A DNA stretch of 64,000 bases from Vicugna vicugna (Eukaryota): the NCBI GenBank assembly GCA_013265495.1, contig MU061579.1:6734124-6798123 (forward strand), in the 5' to 3' direction. Positions within the stretch are counted from its first letter, which is position 1, and each line of letters begins with the position of its first letter. Of the stretch, positions 13,503 to 24,189 are shown piece by piece. A model generated the notes under the pieces. The model saw only the letters and a program-made list of their open reading frames with translations. It ran no database searches and was not told the DNA's origin. A program made the translations under genes and the position numbers.

Positions 13503-14031
13503 TCAAAGGAAAAATTGCACTAGACAAAGTTAAACAGGCAAGGAAGCCCCTTAATTCAAGGCTATTGTGATAGGAAAGAAAGCCCAGAATTCAGTGTGAC
13601 CTCAACTTCACTGATACAAAACAAAGAACCAGATAGGTTTAAGAGCTGGGATCGGGGAATCATAGGCCATCTGTGTTTCCTAATTGGCATTAGTTAAGGG
13701 AAAAGGAAACTTCCTCTCATCTTCATGACAGGAGGTAGTTTTGCAACTTGGAGTAAGCTGCCCACCGAAATCTCTCTCACAGAGACTAGGAAGTAGGGGG
13801 ATGGCTTTCCTTGATGAATGCATTTCAAAGGAATGGTTCCCACGTCCTTGAGAAAGACATTCCCAGGTTATAAAAGTGGAAAGAGGCTTTGAAAAAAATT
13901 CCATCTAAAGAGACAGAGAACTAATTTATAATTTTACAAGTTTTCTAAAGTAAAGGCACTAAGAAAAGGTCAGGAAGAAATTTGTCTGAATTTTAGTCAA
14001 GATGAGGGGCGTCTTAAGGCCTTCTTGATCA
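13503..14031 (-). mobile_element. MER67-type (ERV1) solo LTR
   Basis: The minus strand starts TGATCAAGAAGGCCTTAAGACGCCCCTCATCTTGACTAAAATTCAGAC...CTTTACTTTAGAAAACTTGTAA, matching recalled MER67. Confidence 0.8.
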
Positions 14032-14088
14032 GAAAGAAGGAAGAAAGGAGCAAAGGAGGGAAGAAAGACAATTTGGCAATCATGAAAT

Positions 14089-14509
14089 TGTGCTGCTCAG
14101 CTCCTTTCAAAAGAACCTGCTGCAAAGGAGGTGGTTGGCTGACACCCTCCAACTGCTGTGCCTTTGGGTCTGTTTGCGATGTTCACACAGAGGCCGAGCT
14201 CTCCTGGCTGTTTCCAGCCAATGACTGAGCATGGCCAGCATATGCAAGCTGCGCTATCCTACTCAATATGGAACTCCTCTAAGGGGGAGATTTGGCTCTA
14301 GGGTCTCCATAAGCCTGGCCAAGACGTTTCCGGAGTTGCTGCAGTCTAAGGCCCTCCTACTGACTCTTCTTTCCTTCTCCCCTGCTGCAGCTAAGGCTGA
14401 AGGTTTTCCTGCCTAATTCTGCTCCTTCTCCACTTCATTCTTCACAGATGTTTTCCTAATAAATTTCTTGCACATCTAATTTTGTCTTCTCAAAAGATCC
14501 AAACTGACA
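14089..14509 (+). mobile_element. ERVL LTR (LTR41/LTR33-like)
   Basis: Ends AATAAATTTCTTGCACATCTAAT...GATCCAAACTGACA; internal CCAATGACTGAGC. Confidence 0.7.
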
Positions 14510-15900
14510 CCAAGGGAAACAAATAGAGGCAAGAGGGAGGGGAAGGGAAAGAAAGGGGGAAGAAAACAACAGAAGGCAAAAGGAAAAAAGGAGCAGAGAG
14601 GGAGGAAAAAAAAAAGAGGAAATATGCATGAGAGAAAAAGACAGACAGAAAGCAAGTGAGACCACATAAACTGCACACACTCACCAACCTTGGTTGCAGC
14701 CCTAGAGCTTGAAGGTTGAATTTTTGCTTTGTCCCTGTCATTACTAGCAGAGATGTTTTAAAGAAAGCATACACCATGCGTAGAAGGACTTTTGCTTTCT
14801 GAGTAATGGTCCTCCAAATGTCTCTTTATGGCACTCATGGGGATAATAAAAGTTTGACACAGTAGGTAACTCACCTGTACTAAAATAAATGGCTACCCTG
14901 ATGACCCCTCCAGGATGGCCCAAAGTAATGCTACAAAAAAAAAAAAGGACTGGTAAAGTATTTGTGCTTCAAAATCCTGGTTGGAAATATAAACTCCCTT
15001 CAGGGGAACCCCTCATCTGCACACAGGTATGAATTGGCCCTACTTGGCCTAAATAAACCAGTGTATCGTAAGTGTGCATTGGCCAAAGGATGGTTAATAC
15101 AAGGCCATGGACAGGAACTAGCATTACAGGCCAGGGAGCCTATGCAAGGCCTGTTAAGTTTCTTTCCCAGTTTTTTCTGCAGTGGGGAACACAAAGAACA
15201 TCAGGCACACACGTCCTTCCTGGGGAGATGTGGCCACACAATCACTAGTGAGCAAATCATTGGATGCAAAGATAAATCTCTCTCCAAAGTACGAAGAATG
15301 GTTTTCAGGACAAATTCAGTCAAAATCAATACTTAGAAGAAATAAATAATATTTTATCTACCGCTACAAAGGCACGATCAGCTAAAAAGTCATCCGATTT
15401 ACACTATTTACTGCTTTACTTGTAGCAGGACACTTCTCTCATTCTTTTGTTTTTTTATGAAAATCAGAGCCTACCTGGCAAACCAGAGTCAGTCTTACCA
15501 CAGCTCTTGGTTGTCTCCCAAGTCTTTGCGATTATCCAAGCAGTATATTTTATCTTTAATGGCTCCCAGTAGCGGAGGGTGTGTCAAGACCAATCAGTAT
15601 CCCACAGGAGAGGATCTCAGGCAGCAGTTAGATGCAGGTGGCTTGGAAGCCATACCCTCAAGGCAGCAGCTGTTAACGCAAATATATACAGTTCTGTGGG
15701 CAGGCAAGTGTAAGCCCTGCAGGCCACCAAAGTCAGGTGATGAGGAGAGAGCGCTGTCCCCTGGGCGGCAGTTCCAGAAATCAGGACTCCAGACAGCGTA
15801 TAGGCTCTTTGCTGGGAGATACTCGCCGCGCTGTAGCCAAGCAGAGGGCAAAGAGGGCGTCCGCGCGCGTCTTCTCCGAGACGAAGTTCGAAGCCTCTAG
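14456..15900 (-). ncRNA. Candidate multi-exon divergent transcript: exon 1 ending 15499, exon 2 14930-14875, exon 3 14743-14685, exon 4 starting 14503
   Basis: Donors GTG|GTAAGA, CAG|GTGAGT, TTG|GTGAGT. Acceptors (T)12GTAG|, TTTCTTTAAAACATCTCTGCTAG|, and TGTCAG| after a ~165-nt AG-free pyrimidine tract. Arises from the CpG island; TSS and 3' end unknown; no expression data. Confidence 0.55.
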
Positions 15901-16900
15901 ACGCTGCCAAACCGGAAGTGTGCCCGTCAGGCTACGCCCCCCTTCCCAACCCAGGCTCAGCAAGCGGCCCCCCTCACAGGCAGGCTGGGGGTGGGCGGTG
16001 TCCGAGTCGCTGTCTCGTGTCCTGGGTGGTGGCTTGCCTCGACTGTCTTTGGGTCATAACCCGTCCGTGGGACCGAGGAACTCAAGCTAAGAGACCAAGG
16101 GGCGTCCCCTCGGTGGCAGCCGCAGAAACTGGGTCACAAGTGAAAACCGGGACACAGGCGTGTGTAGAAGTTCCCCGGCGTCTCCCGCCGGCGCTCCCGG
16201 GGGCGGAGGGGGAGCGCCAAGATGGCGCCCGCGGGCGGCAGCCAGGCTGAGGCGGGGCAACCACGGCGCCCGCCGGGAAAGGAAAAAGAAAAGATGGCGG
16301 GAAAAGAGGAAGAAAAAGATGGCACCTGCCAGTTTAAGCAAGGCCAGGGAGAGCACGAAGATGGCACCCACCCGCCTCGGAACCCAGGCAGGCTCCCACA
16401 GGCCCCTCACCTTCAGACCCAATTAGCGAAGGAGCCACTTGGACAGAAAGTTCGGGTGCTTTTCGAGGAGCTGCTTCTGTGCCGGGCCCTGAGCAGGTGA
16501 GTCCACTGCGGGCCCTTTCAGAGGTGTTCCTCAGGTCACCACAGTCCCCCGGCAGGGCTCAGGCACAGGCTCTTTTGTTCTTTAAAGCCAGGTGTTTGGG
16601 GGGCTTGTCTCTCAGGAGCCGGATGTGGGGTACGAATTCTTCGCTCCTCAGGGAGAAGCTCTGGCTTTTGAGTTCCCTCTGGATTGTGGGTCTCAGCCCC
16701 GGGTGTGGTTTATGGAGAGATTGTGCCTCAGCCTCTCCTACCCACTTCGGTGGGGTTTCCCTTTCATTTGCCTGATATGAATGGGTCACTCTACCAAGTT
16801 TTAAGTTTTTTTCGGAGGAAATTTTCCATTTATAGCTGTTGATTTCTTATGTCTGAGGGAGGAGGTGCGTTCGGGATCTTCCTACGTCGCCATCTTGCAT
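15820..16900. promoter_or_regulatory. CpG-island promoter, probably bidirectional
   Basis: Only CpG-dense non-repeat segment. ETS ACCGGAAGTG 15911-15920, GC box GGGGCGGAG 16200-16208, YY1-type motifs at 16218, 16291, 16316, 16358 and reverse 16888-16897. Confidence 0.9.
16200..16496 (+). ncRNA. Candidate first exon of a plus-strand transcript (lncRNA or small ORF); start approximate
   Basis: Consensus donor CAG|GTGAGT at 16496/16497 within the CpG island. Downstream candidate acceptors precede 17711, 20501 and 25769. Confidence 0.6.
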
Positions 16901-17540
16901 CTTTTTTTTTTTTTATTTCCATTTATAAAGTTTATCTTGAAGATCATTTTAAAAACAAAATTAAAAACAATCTGAGGAAAAGTTGCACGGAATACACTCG
17001 TTAATAAGTACGGTGGTTGAATCAAAATAAGGGAAATAGATTTTATTCTGCAACTCTGGAAATAAGTTCTGTTGTTCTGAAGATTTTTTTATTTACAAAA
17101 AAGGGATGAGGCTGGAAACCATGGCAGTTAAAGCTGCCTCTTAATTATGTAAATATATACTAGATAACCAAATTTTTCTGTTCTTCTCAATAAGTCAGTT
17201 TTGATCTACAGACTGTATTGTTTTTTAAAAGATAAGATGCTATAAATTCAGTGGGATTTGGTGGTCTCTCCTTTGCGAGCAAAGTAAGTCCCTGAAAGAA
17301 CGTAGGCACAGTTGTCAGATCCAAGTAGGCACAAGTTGGCAAATACTGGAGATCCACTATTCTGCATTAATCTTCTCTATCCTTCCACTCTCCTTATTTT
17401 TTCTCACTTTACTATGGAAATAGATCTGAAGCGTGAGAGAAAGCATTTGGTATCACTACTTTAGAGTTTCATGGTTCTGCCTTCGTATATAAAGCAGTGT
17501 CATTCATTTTGATCATAGTTTCTTCAAAAACAATAGGTGG

Positions 17541-17598
17541 GTTTCTTTTTCTTTTCCTTTTCTTTCTTTCTTTCTTTCTTTTTCTTTTTTTTTTTTTT
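17541..17598. repeat. (TTTC)n / poly-T microsatellite
   Basis: Seen directly. Confidence 0.9.
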
Positions 17599-18109
17599 GC
17601 TTAAGGGAACTTTTGATGAATTTTTTCAGCATAAACATTGCCCATTCTAAAGGAAGCCTTCAAGCCTAGCGTCAGAGCACTGCTAGCAGCTTTCAAATTG
17701 CATTTCCCAGATTCAGAAATACTACTTTAACTGGTATCCCTGATACAAAGAGAACGTCAGAATCACACAGTGAGAAGCCAGGATCTGGTGCCATCAACAA
17801 CATAAACTCAGATGGTACGATAAGAAAACCAAGGCATAGCTTGATAAAAAGTAGCAACATCCATCACTGGGCAGTTGGCAGAGCCCTAAACGCTCTTTGT
17901 AGGCTGAGAACATAAAACTACAAAGTAGCACAAGCTGAAACCAAGGTAGCTGAAACACAATACTGTGCAAGAAAAGAGAAAATGTTCGGGAAAGAACAAT
18001 AAAAAATCTGGGAATAAAACAATGAAATGGGAGAACAGGAGATGAAAAATGAAATTTGTAATGTAACACAAGCATTTGAAATATAAAAGTAAGAATCAAG
18101 ATTTTTTGA

Positions 18110-18245
18110 TGCAATCTACAAGTATTAAGAGCTTACCATATTCTAGGCATATTTTAGGCGCTTGGGACACATCCACAAGTAAAAAGACAATGAATGAACT
18201 CTGCCGTCAAGTAGATTACATTGTGTAGGCGGATTAGGGAGGCAA
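18110..18245 (-). mobile_element. L2 3' fragment
   Basis: AAGTATTAAGAGCTTACCATATTCTAGGCATATTTTAGGCGCTTGGGACACA. Confidence 0.65.
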
Positions 18246-19289
18246 ACAAAGAGGAGAGATGGCCGAAGCCAAGGTAAAGGGCTTGAAATCTGTATTCATG
18301 ATAAGAATAAGGTCTACACATACAGAAGGGGTTTTAGGAAACTTCCAAAACATCAAAGACTGAAGGGTCTATGCTTCACATCTTGTGAGTTTACCAGCTT
18401 TAAAACACAGCACAAGTCTAACATAATGAAATATTGAATTCATCTTTAAAGAGTCTAATTATTTTTTAAATATTTATCCACATCACGGCCCTTTGAAGTA
18501 GGATACATGAAGTGATACTTAACAGATGTTTTATTAATAACCACTGTAGTTTGGCAAAAGTTATCATGTTGTCATTGTTTCGAGATAGAAGTCCTGTCAT
18601 TCTCCTCAAATCCTTTTGTCATCACAGAGTTCTGAGATTAATCTTCCTCTAGGTGTCTATGCATCACTAGCATTAGACACCCAGACTGGATACCTTGACT
18701 ATTGATTTAAGATTTATTGCCTCATGTGAAATGCATGCATGTGCACACATGCACAAACACACAACAATCCACTTTAGAAAATTATTTCTTAGCCAGGATT
18801 ATTTCTGCATGGGTCTGCTGTATCTACCATTTTCAGTTATATTTCTCTTATTCCACTTGTAGAGTCATGTCCAAGTGTCTCCTGGCAGATCATGGATAGT
18901 CTTATCATTCAGAGCAGGAAGATAACAAAGCAGTAATACTTCTGATGTTGTGTCAGCTTAGAAGGTAATTCAGTTTGCTTGCTTGGTTTGGAGTAATTGT
19001 TTGAAGAAGTGAAGCTCTGCCACAAATCATTTTGGCAGCTACCATTAACTTGGGCTGTGAAATGGACATTACATAGACTCATATGTCAGTCATTATAATG
19101 CCAGTCAAGGGAAATTTTAAGAGGGGAAATCTGGGGAAAAACATATCCCATATGTATTCTCTGCCCACTATACTTTTATCAGTGCTGGTTTCCAGTTCTT
19201 TTATAAATCTGTTTTCTTTTATCCTTTATCTCCATCTCATGGTCCTATTTTCTTTTAAATTAGACAAATCTGTGTCCTAATGCCAATGG

Positions 19290-19490
19290 TTATTTTGGTG
19301 GTTATCCTGAGCCAGTGGCCTTACCTCTCTCAGCCTCAGTTCTCTCATCTGTAAAATGGGCATCATGATACTGCCTACCTACCACAGTTTTGTTTTGCTT
19401 TATTTTTTATAAGAATTAACTGATGGAATGCAAATAAAGGACTTATTCACAGTGCATTCAATCCACCATTCAATAATTATTTATTTGATA
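19290..19490 (+). mobile_element. MIR SINE
   Basis: CCTCTCTCAGCCTCAGTTCTCTCATCTGTAAAATGGGCATCATGATACTGCCTACC. Confidence 0.85.
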
Positions 19491-20589
19491 TTATCATGTC
19501 CAAGACATTGTATAAACATTTAATAAATAGCATTTACTTTTATTACTATTCTAATAAGTATGTCATATTTTAATGTATACCAGGAACTATGCTAGGAGTG
19601 AAAAGAAACCAAAAGAGCATAACAGTATCTCTTGTCTTTCAAAAGCAGTAGCCATATTGATATATGTGACCATATTTATATACAAATATTCCTTCTATAA
19701 GCATGAAGATTCTAAGGGGTTAGAAGAGGTTGAGTATGTGCCCAAGTTTCTATATCAGGTAGAGGTTTTATTAAAAGCCAGCTCAGTGCCATTTCTTTTG
19801 GACTTAGGCAAATACAATGTTCCATAATATAATAAAAAATATGAACAATTGTAAATAAAATTTCCCACATGACTTTCCAAAACCCACACCAGCAACAGGG
19901 CTATATGAGAGAAACAACAATAGAGGAAAATTTCAATATGAAGTACGACATATCTTCTTCAGTCTGATAAATTACTCGTATTACTAACCCAAACTACCCC
20001 CAATGGATTTGTGAGTAAAAATAGTAAGAGCAAAACCTAAATCAGTTACCAGATCTGCTTGCAGTCATGTTTGATTCTGCAACCAGACATTTGCCCATAG
20101 AAAGAACAACCCTATTCTTCATGGCAGAAGAAAGAAACTTGGTCAAACCTTACCACTTATGTTCCTTTATTGTAATCTTTATCTGTGCAAGTTATGAAAT
20201 CACTTTGTATATATTTTGAAGGAGTCCTTTCATCCCTGCTGTCTCTGATTCCTGCTTCCTCCCTCCAAAGTTATCATTTTCAAAAAAATATCTTTTATCT
20301 TCATTTCTCTTTCATAAAATGGGCATGGTGAATCACTAATTCAGGACATCTACAATATATCCACAGAAGAGAAATTTAATTTGCAGAGTTCAACCAAATC
20401 CCTTAGGATGGAAACGTGTCAAAAAGCTGTGGAATTGTTTCTGAGACAAACAACAGACAGCGCATAGTTCACTACTGTGTCAGATGATTTTTGTTTGCAG
20501 ATGTGAGGATGAGGAGTGATACCACATTTCAGCAGCAGAAGAGCAATAAAAAGGCAGAAGGCATTGATAATAACATACAGGAGTAATAT

Positions 20590-20760
20590 TGATGGCTATA
20601 ATTTATTGCATGCTTACTCATGCAAGAACTATATTACATGTTTTACAAGGACTTAGTCCTCACAATAAAACCCTGTCTAGTATTAGTATTTTATTATAGC
20701 TTCCCTATTGCCACCAGCAAATAGGTGGTGGAATTTCAATTTGGACCCACCTTGGGCATT
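20590..20760 (-). mobile_element. MIR fragment
   Basis: ATTTATTGCATGCTTACT...TAGTCCTCACAATAAAACCCTG. Confidence 0.6.
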
Positions 20761-22195
20761 CAGCAGCCTAGGGCTACACAGGGGTGTACACAGCTACAAA
20801 TGGGGGTGGAGTGGCCAGCAGAGAGATTCTGAGGAAGCAGATCTGTAGCAGAGATCTACTGCAGAGAGCCCACTCCATGTACACAGACCATGGCTTTGGA
20901 GAAACCCATATCCTAAATAGTGTGGGTTAAGCTTAAAGTCCCATCAGATAACCAGATACATCCTCAGTAGAGGAAGTAAAATTCAGTTAAATAGAAACTT
21001 TCATTAAGTTGCAATCCCTATGTTTATTAGCCTTTTTGTTATTTCTTTCTGTCTTTTTTTTTTCCTTTTCTGAAACTCAGACAACTTTCTAGGTCACCCA
21101 TTCTTTGAAAATAACTCTACAGAGATTGTAAATAGCTAATTGAACTTTAGCACCTTCTGCCTCAGAATGTACTGCTTAAAAAAGAGAGAAAGAGAAAAAC
21201 AAAGAAAAGAGTACATTAACTGTGACTCTAGACAACTCTAACTCAAATCATCTTTCACTCAGCTGGAAGGAAACTAGAGCACAATGTGTAAACTACATAG
21301 ATTTTATTTAATTTATCTTAAAAATGTTTTCTTTTAACTGAAAATAATAGTTACCTGGATATCAACATTAAGTAAAATTTATTTTGCCTATGTTCAAAAG
21401 TTCCTTCCTCCTTAGAGAGACTGTAGAGGCACATGTTTCTTTTGTTCTAAACAATTCAGTGATATTTGAAGCTGACAGGATATTGATTGGTTGGGAATAT
21501 CTATGACTCTCCTTCCTCAGCTAATGAGAAAGAAAGAAAGGGATCTCTAAAAGGAACGATGTAGTGGGCACTGTGCCCCAGGGACACAGAAATATCACTG
21601 AGATTTAGGTTCGTGGCTCCCAGGGTTTTGTTTTTTTGTCTGAAAGTCACAAAATTAAAACTTTTTCCTCTTTTCCAAAGATTGAGGTTAATTCAGCCTG
21701 TAAAGAAGACACACATCTTCACTAATAACACTAATACGAAAAAAATCTATAAAGAGACACATTCTCAGCAACATTCACCTTTAAAAATAGGCAAACTCTG
21801 CCCATAGTGGATATGCCCAAATTCTGGAGAATCAGAGATGTTCAAAGCTATTAGAAGTTTAATTTAAACCAGCATTTGCCCAATAGGATATACTGCTGAC
21901 TTTCTAAGCTTTCAATATAATCTTGGCAGTACAACAGCCAATAGTTATGAAGATGAATATACAGAACTTCCCCTTGTCATGCTCCTGCTTTCTGGCCTGG
22001 TGAGTCAGCTCTAGATTAGCCTTTGTTACGCAGAAAGTGACCGAGAGAAAGTAAGAGCTGGAGACAAGCCTGTAGTACGTATGGGTTCAAGTCCAATGAG
22101 GTGGGTTCTGTTTTGATATACAGTATGCTATGCTTAGGTTGGAGGTGACAGGAGCAGCAGGCCAACAATGGGACTGTGTGGTTTGTCAAAGGAAA

Positions 22196-22253
22196 AGTTG
22201 TTTTTGCTTTGTTTTGGTTTGGTTTTTTTGTTTGTTTTTTGTTTTTGTTTTTG
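22196..22253. repeat. (TTTTG)n-like simple repeat
   Basis: Seen directly. Confidence 0.85.
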
Positions 22254-22904
22254 CCCGCCCCCACCCCGCACTGAAAGCTTAGAGAAAAACACAATAGCTG
22301 TGTCTATACTTTGGAGACAATTTTTGGTTGGAAACAGTTGTGTGGAGAGAACATTTAAGACACTGAGTGTATCATAACTACCCAAACCCTACTCCATCTC
22401 AACTTTGGTTTTCTTGAGACACTGACTAGAGATATAATATCTTTTAATAATATTTTTCTGTCAGAATGCTGTTTCTGTGAATAAGACATCCTGTTATATA
22501 AACTCCCCATTATATTTAGGTTGTAGTGGTAACTTCTAAGATAATAGTTTCCAACAGTCCCTCCAGTTCTATCTTCCCCTTTAAAAGCACAAAACATTTA
22601 GTAACAAACACTACCTTTAAAAAGAGAATTTACACATGATTACTTCTTTTTTTTAACATTCAAAGCTTTAATGATTTATTATATGAAGAGCTACTGGGAA
22701 TTGATAGGAAAACTACTAAGGTTTAATAGGTAAATAGAAAAAACACAAACATTTCATAAAAGAGGAACTAAAATAAGCAAATGTAAAAATGTTTTTTAGT
22801 ATTGAATTTTTTTAATGTTTCTTTACAGGAAATAAAATTAATTGATATACATTGTATATATACATTAAATATATGTATATGTTTAGAGAGTTGTGCTCAT
22901 ATTC

Positions 22905-23300
22905 ATATTGTGTGGCTTCTCAGCATCAGTGGTCCCTTTCCTTAGAGCCCCACATCCAATGTTATCCTCTTAGCAGGATACTGGAAGCTCCTTCCACCAG
23001 GTGTTCCCCTCCCTATTCTGATATGCCAGGAGGTAAGCACATGACCCAAGCTGGGTCAATCAAATGCTTATTCCTGTGAATTCGACTCTTGACTATAATG
23101 ACAGAAGGACATAGAATAGCTGCAGTTTATTCATTATAACAATGACTACTGAGTATTTCATGCTTTAACACCTTCTAAAGATAGCTGCCAGTCTATCTTC
23201 AGCCTTGCTTAGAACTCCCTCCCCATATATATTTAACAAATTCTCTTTTCAGTTAAAGTATCCAGAATCTATTTTTACTGCCTGCATGCAAATAATCCTA
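22905..23300 (+). mobile_element. Degraded ERVL/MaLR LTR (LTR16-like)
   Basis: GCACATGACCCAAGCTGGGTCAATCAAATGC and a terminal AAATTCTCTTTTCAGTTAAAGTATCCAGAATC resemble the LTR16/MLT1 group. Confidence 0.55.
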
Positions 23301-23583
23301 TACGTTTGAGTTGCATTTTGAAACTCACTTTTCTTCTGAGTCATCTGACTCATTGTTCAAACAGCTTTGACACTTAAATGTCATGAATTGTTGTTTCACA
23401 TATATGTTATTATAGCAAACAGCTGGTTAAGATATTGTAGTCATAATGGAGTCATTTTGAAAATGAATAAATACATTTGGTCAGTATGTTTGCAACTTCC
23501 TCGTTGTCAGCCAGTTCCAGAGTCATAAATTTTGTTTATTGCTTCATTGAGAACTGTACCAGGATAGAATTGCTAAAAGATCG

Positions 23584-23675
23584 AGCAGGCCGAGCGTTAC
23601 TTAGATGAGCATGCAAGGGCATGACCCTCAAGCAGGCCGAGAGTTACTTAGATGAGCATGCAAGGACATGACCCT
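23584..23675. repeat. Tandem duplication, period 47 bp, 2 copies
   Basis: AGCAGGCCGAG(C/A)GTTACTTAGATGAGCATGCAAGG(G/A)CATGACCCT at 23584-23628 and 23631-23675. Confidence 0.95.
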
Positions 23676-23694
23676 TGTCTTCTATCTTTTTGCC

Positions 23695-23850
23695 AAGTGA
23701 AGACTGGTCCACAGACCAGCAGCATCATCACCTTGGCATTTGTTAGAAATGCACACCCTCAGCCCTTATTCTTGACCTGCTGACACAGAATCTGCATTTC
23801 AAACCATTCCACAAGATAGGTGTTTACACATTAAAGTTTAAAAAAGTCTA
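23695..23850. mobile_element. MER5A-type hAT-Charlie MITE
   Basis: GGTCCACAGACCAGCAGCATCATCACC...TGTTAGAAATGCA...CAGAATCTGCATTT...CATTAAAGTTT. Confidence 0.85.
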
Positions 23851-23939
23851 TCCTATCCCACTTCGCATTTATCACATTATAATTTACTATTTTAAGTCTC
23901 TGCTCTAACTATACTGGCAGATTGCCTCTATATAGGTCC

Positions 23940-24140
23940 TTTTCAAAGCACTTTAATATCAATTTTCTCTTCATTTTCATCATAATCCTGAGAGGTATGG
24001 GCAGATAATATTGCTTCCCATTCTAAAAAGCCAAGAACTGAGGCCTGGAGAAGCTGACTGGTGAGGCCACACTGTAGAGTGGTGCAGTCAGGATTAGCAC
24101 AAAGGAGTCTGTAGTTAAAGAAGCAGTGTTGCCTCTGGAT
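23940..24140 (-). mobile_element. MIR SINE
   Basis: CATCATAATCCTGAGAGGTATGG...CCCATTCTAAAAAGCCAAGAACTGAGGC. Confidence 0.7.
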
Positions 24141-24189
24141 TGACTATCCTGTTTAGTAATCTTCTAAGAAGGAATCATTTCCACAGTGT

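Noticed and set aside
14931..15498. Intronic snoRNA (host-gene architecture)
   Set aside because: No convincing RTGATGA...CTGA pair with a terminal stem, nor an H/ACA double hairpin, was found by eye. A snoRNA covariance search would be decisive.
15457..16426. Overlapping 88-147 aa ORFs in the CpG island, including the Arg/Lys-rich 16160-16426
   Set aside because: Expected from high GC content and purine runs; no homology recognised.
15820..16900. Assigning a gene symbol to the promoter
   Set aside because: I do not recognise the sequence; a lift-over is needed.
23570..23612. 5S rRNA-like fragment (AGCAGG...GTTA...CTTAGATG)
   Set aside because: Similarity is too short and too gapped to support.
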